Below are positions 33,736-35,984 of a DNA stretch of 35,984 nt, piece after piece; within the stretch, counting starts at the first letter, position 1; the number at the start of each line of letters is the position of its first letter. Below the pieces are notes generated by a model. It made no database searches. It saw nothing but the letters and a program-made list of their open reading frames with translations, and was not told the DNA's origin. This stretch comes from Octopus sinensis (taxonomy: Eukaryota), in NCBI RefSeq assembly GCF_006345805.1, contig NW_021826220.1, positions 1 to 35,984 of the forward strand, given 5' to 3'. Made by a program: the position numbers and the translations under genes.

Positions 33736-34149
33736 GTAAGACCATGAAGCAAGCTCTACTCAACAAATTTTGAACTCTGCTCATGGACCCTCTGATGAAT
33801 TTGGTTGACAGAAACCAATTAGAAACCCACTGTGTGTGCGTGTGTGTACTTGATTACATTCTGAGTACAAATCTTACTTAGGTCCATTTTGTCTTTCATT
33901 TCTCAAAGGATTGTACCACTTTCTCTTAGTTATTCCAAACCCACTCCTTTTCCCATTACCTTTGCTGTGTCCAGTTCTCCTCCCCTTTCCCCAGACCCCA
34001 TACAACCCACTAACCCAGTCCTTTCCCAGGACATCCTTCTGGAACTACTTCCTTGCTCAGGTCTTTCCTTTCATGTCCTATGTACTCTTACATTGGTTCA
34101 AGATAATGATTAATGGTTTTGGTATGACAGGTATTAGAGGGTTTGCAAA

Positions 34150-34379
34150 GGCAGTGAGCTGGCAGAAACGTTAGCATGCCGGGCGAAATGCGTAGCCGTA
34201 TTTCATCTGCCGCTACATTCTGAGTTCAAATTCCGCCGAGGTCAACTTTGCCTTTCATCCTTTCGGGGTCGATAAATTAAGTACCAGTTACGTACTGGGG
34301 TCGATGTGATCGACTTAATCCGTTTGTCTGTCCTTGTTTGTCCCCTCTGTGTTTAGCCCCTTGTGGGTAGTAAGGAAAT
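34150..34379 (+). mobile_element. Full-length young SINE-A1 with a 24-bp flanking direct repeat
   Basis: aggtattagagggtttgcaaaggc at 34129-34152 and 34380-34403. Confidence 0.95.
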
Positions 34380-34985
34380 AGGTATTAGAGGGTTTGCAAA
34401 GGCTTAAGAACACTGCCCCTTCTTCCAGATACAGTAAGTATTAAAAAAAATAGATAAACCCCAAAGATTGCTAAAATAGATACCAAGTAATAAAACAAGA
34501 TACCGTGGTCAATGGGATCAGCTATGTTATTAAAGCAGTACTCCAGTATGGTCACAATCCAATGGCTGAAAAATTTCTAAAAGTATAAAAGATAAGAGAA
34601 GTAGGAAGTCAAATAACGAAGCTGTAAAGGCATCTTAGTCGAGTGCTGTGTTGTATGATTTCCATCAATTAAACAGGCCTTTCATTTATTGTTTGTTTAA
34701 TTATTATGGAGGAAGTTATTTTGTGCTTTGTTAATTCTCTTCCTTTTTGTTTAATTTCATGCAATATCATGCTTTGACCAACCAATCTGACATACCAGCA
34801 ATGCTAGCTAAGTTTTTCTAATGCAGGCAGCAATATAACTGAAAGCACATTGGTTAACAGACCACAGGCTGCTGACATAATTTATTGTTGCATTCTGTTG
34901 CCAACCAAAGTAATAAATATATTTTATAGTATGTTAAACAGGCAGTACCTAATTAATGGATATTAATGATTTAATAAACATACCA

Positions 34986-35827
34986 GACACAGGTGTTGTT
35001 GTGTGGTAAGAAGCTTACTTCACAATTACATGGTTCCAAGTTCAGTTTCACTGTGTGGCACCTTGAACAAGTGTTTTCTACTATAGCCCCAGGCAACCAA
35101 AGCCTTGTGAGTACATTTGATAGATGGGGACTGAAAGGAGCTTATTATATGTGTATGTGATCGTCATCATCATCATTTAGTGTCCATTTTCCATGCTGGT
35201 ATGGGTTAGAAGGTTTAACTGGAACTGGCTAGCCAGAGAGTTTCACCAGGCTCCAGTCTGTTTTGGTTTGGTTTCTATGGCTGGATGCCCTTCCTAATAC
35301 CAATCACTCCACAGAGTGTGCTGGGTGCCTTTTACAGGTCACCTACATGGGTGCTTTTTATGTGTCACTGCCACAGGTTTTTTCATGTGTCACCAGCATG
35401 GGTCCCTTTTATGTGTCACCAGCATGGGTCCCTTTTATGTGCCACCAGCATGGGTCCCTTTTATGTGCCACCAGCATGGGTCCCTTTTATGTGCCACCAG
35501 CATGGGTCCCTTTTACGTGTCACCAATATAGATATCATCATCATCATCATTTAATGTCTGTTTTTCATGCTGTATATGTATGTCTGAATGCATATATTTG
35601 TGTCTCCTTGTCTTGACATCAAGTGATGTAAATCAGTACATTATCACACAAGCAGTGTCATTTTATTTCCAACATTCTGTAATAACATATCTGATCATGG
35701 GGAAATATAAGCTTGCTTGGAAACAGGTGAAGGTTAGTGCCAAGAATATCATCCATCCATTGAGAAACTGCCCCAGTAATCTCTGCAAGCAAGGGAAAGT
35801 GGATGCTAAAACATTGATGATGACGAC
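34986..35827 (+). mobile_element. SINE-B head (34986-35155) and C2 tail (about 35595-35827), interrupted by RTE 3'-end insertions
   Basis: Head gttgtgtggtaagaagc...gtggcaccttgaacaagtg; tail gtctccttgtcttgacatc...ggaaacaggtgaagg...gcaagcaagggaaagtggatgctaaaacattgatgatg, homologous to 19765-19975. Confidence 0.65.
35161..35525 (-). mobile_element. RTE 3' UTR fragment carrying an expanded 26-bp minisatellite (35386-35525)
   Basis: (cat)n, ccatgctggtatgggtt, ggctggatgcccttcctaatacc; unit tgtgycaccagcatgggtccctttta x5. Confidence 0.85.
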
Positions 35828-35984
35828 AGTGACCCAGAATAAATTATTTCCCTACCTATCTACACACCTGTCTGTATACATGTATACCCATGAAACCTTG
35901 ATTTCTGCAAATAAACCAGAGAAGTCTCTATGAAAGAAATGAGAAATTTAATTTTATAATCGCTCATGTTTGAGTTTTACAGGA

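Overview
AT-rich, microsatellite-saturated eukaryotic non-coding DNA, probably intronic or intergenic. The repeat repertoire looks like octopus (coleoid cephalopod); this is inferred from recalled repeat families, not from a search. No intact protein-coding gene is supported, and almost every ORF in the supplied track is microsatellite or minisatellite read-through. Recognisable content: a 5'-truncated R4/Dong-type RLE non-LTR retrotransposon in (TAA)n; 3' ends of two RTE-clade LINE lineages; many tRNA-derived SINEs (working labels A, B, D, plus a shared-domain family F); two families of TTAA piggyBac-like MITEs; two non-autonomous Helitrons; a palindromic MITE; and several minisatellites and local duplications. 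The most interesting signals are rearrangement footprints: (1) a MITE filled by two locally templated segments joined at microhomologies (14311-14611, copied from 15218-15363 inverted and 20922-21076 direct); (2) a MITE-spacer-MITE-spacer-MITE composite with a reciprocal crossover pattern splitting one SINE (9843-10815); (3) SINE-A1 insertions whose target duplications begin with (A)GGTAT; (4) modular SINEs that swap tails at an internal microsatellite; (5) a perfect 41-bp fold-back at 5784-5869. A few candidate host exons are listed at low confidence only.
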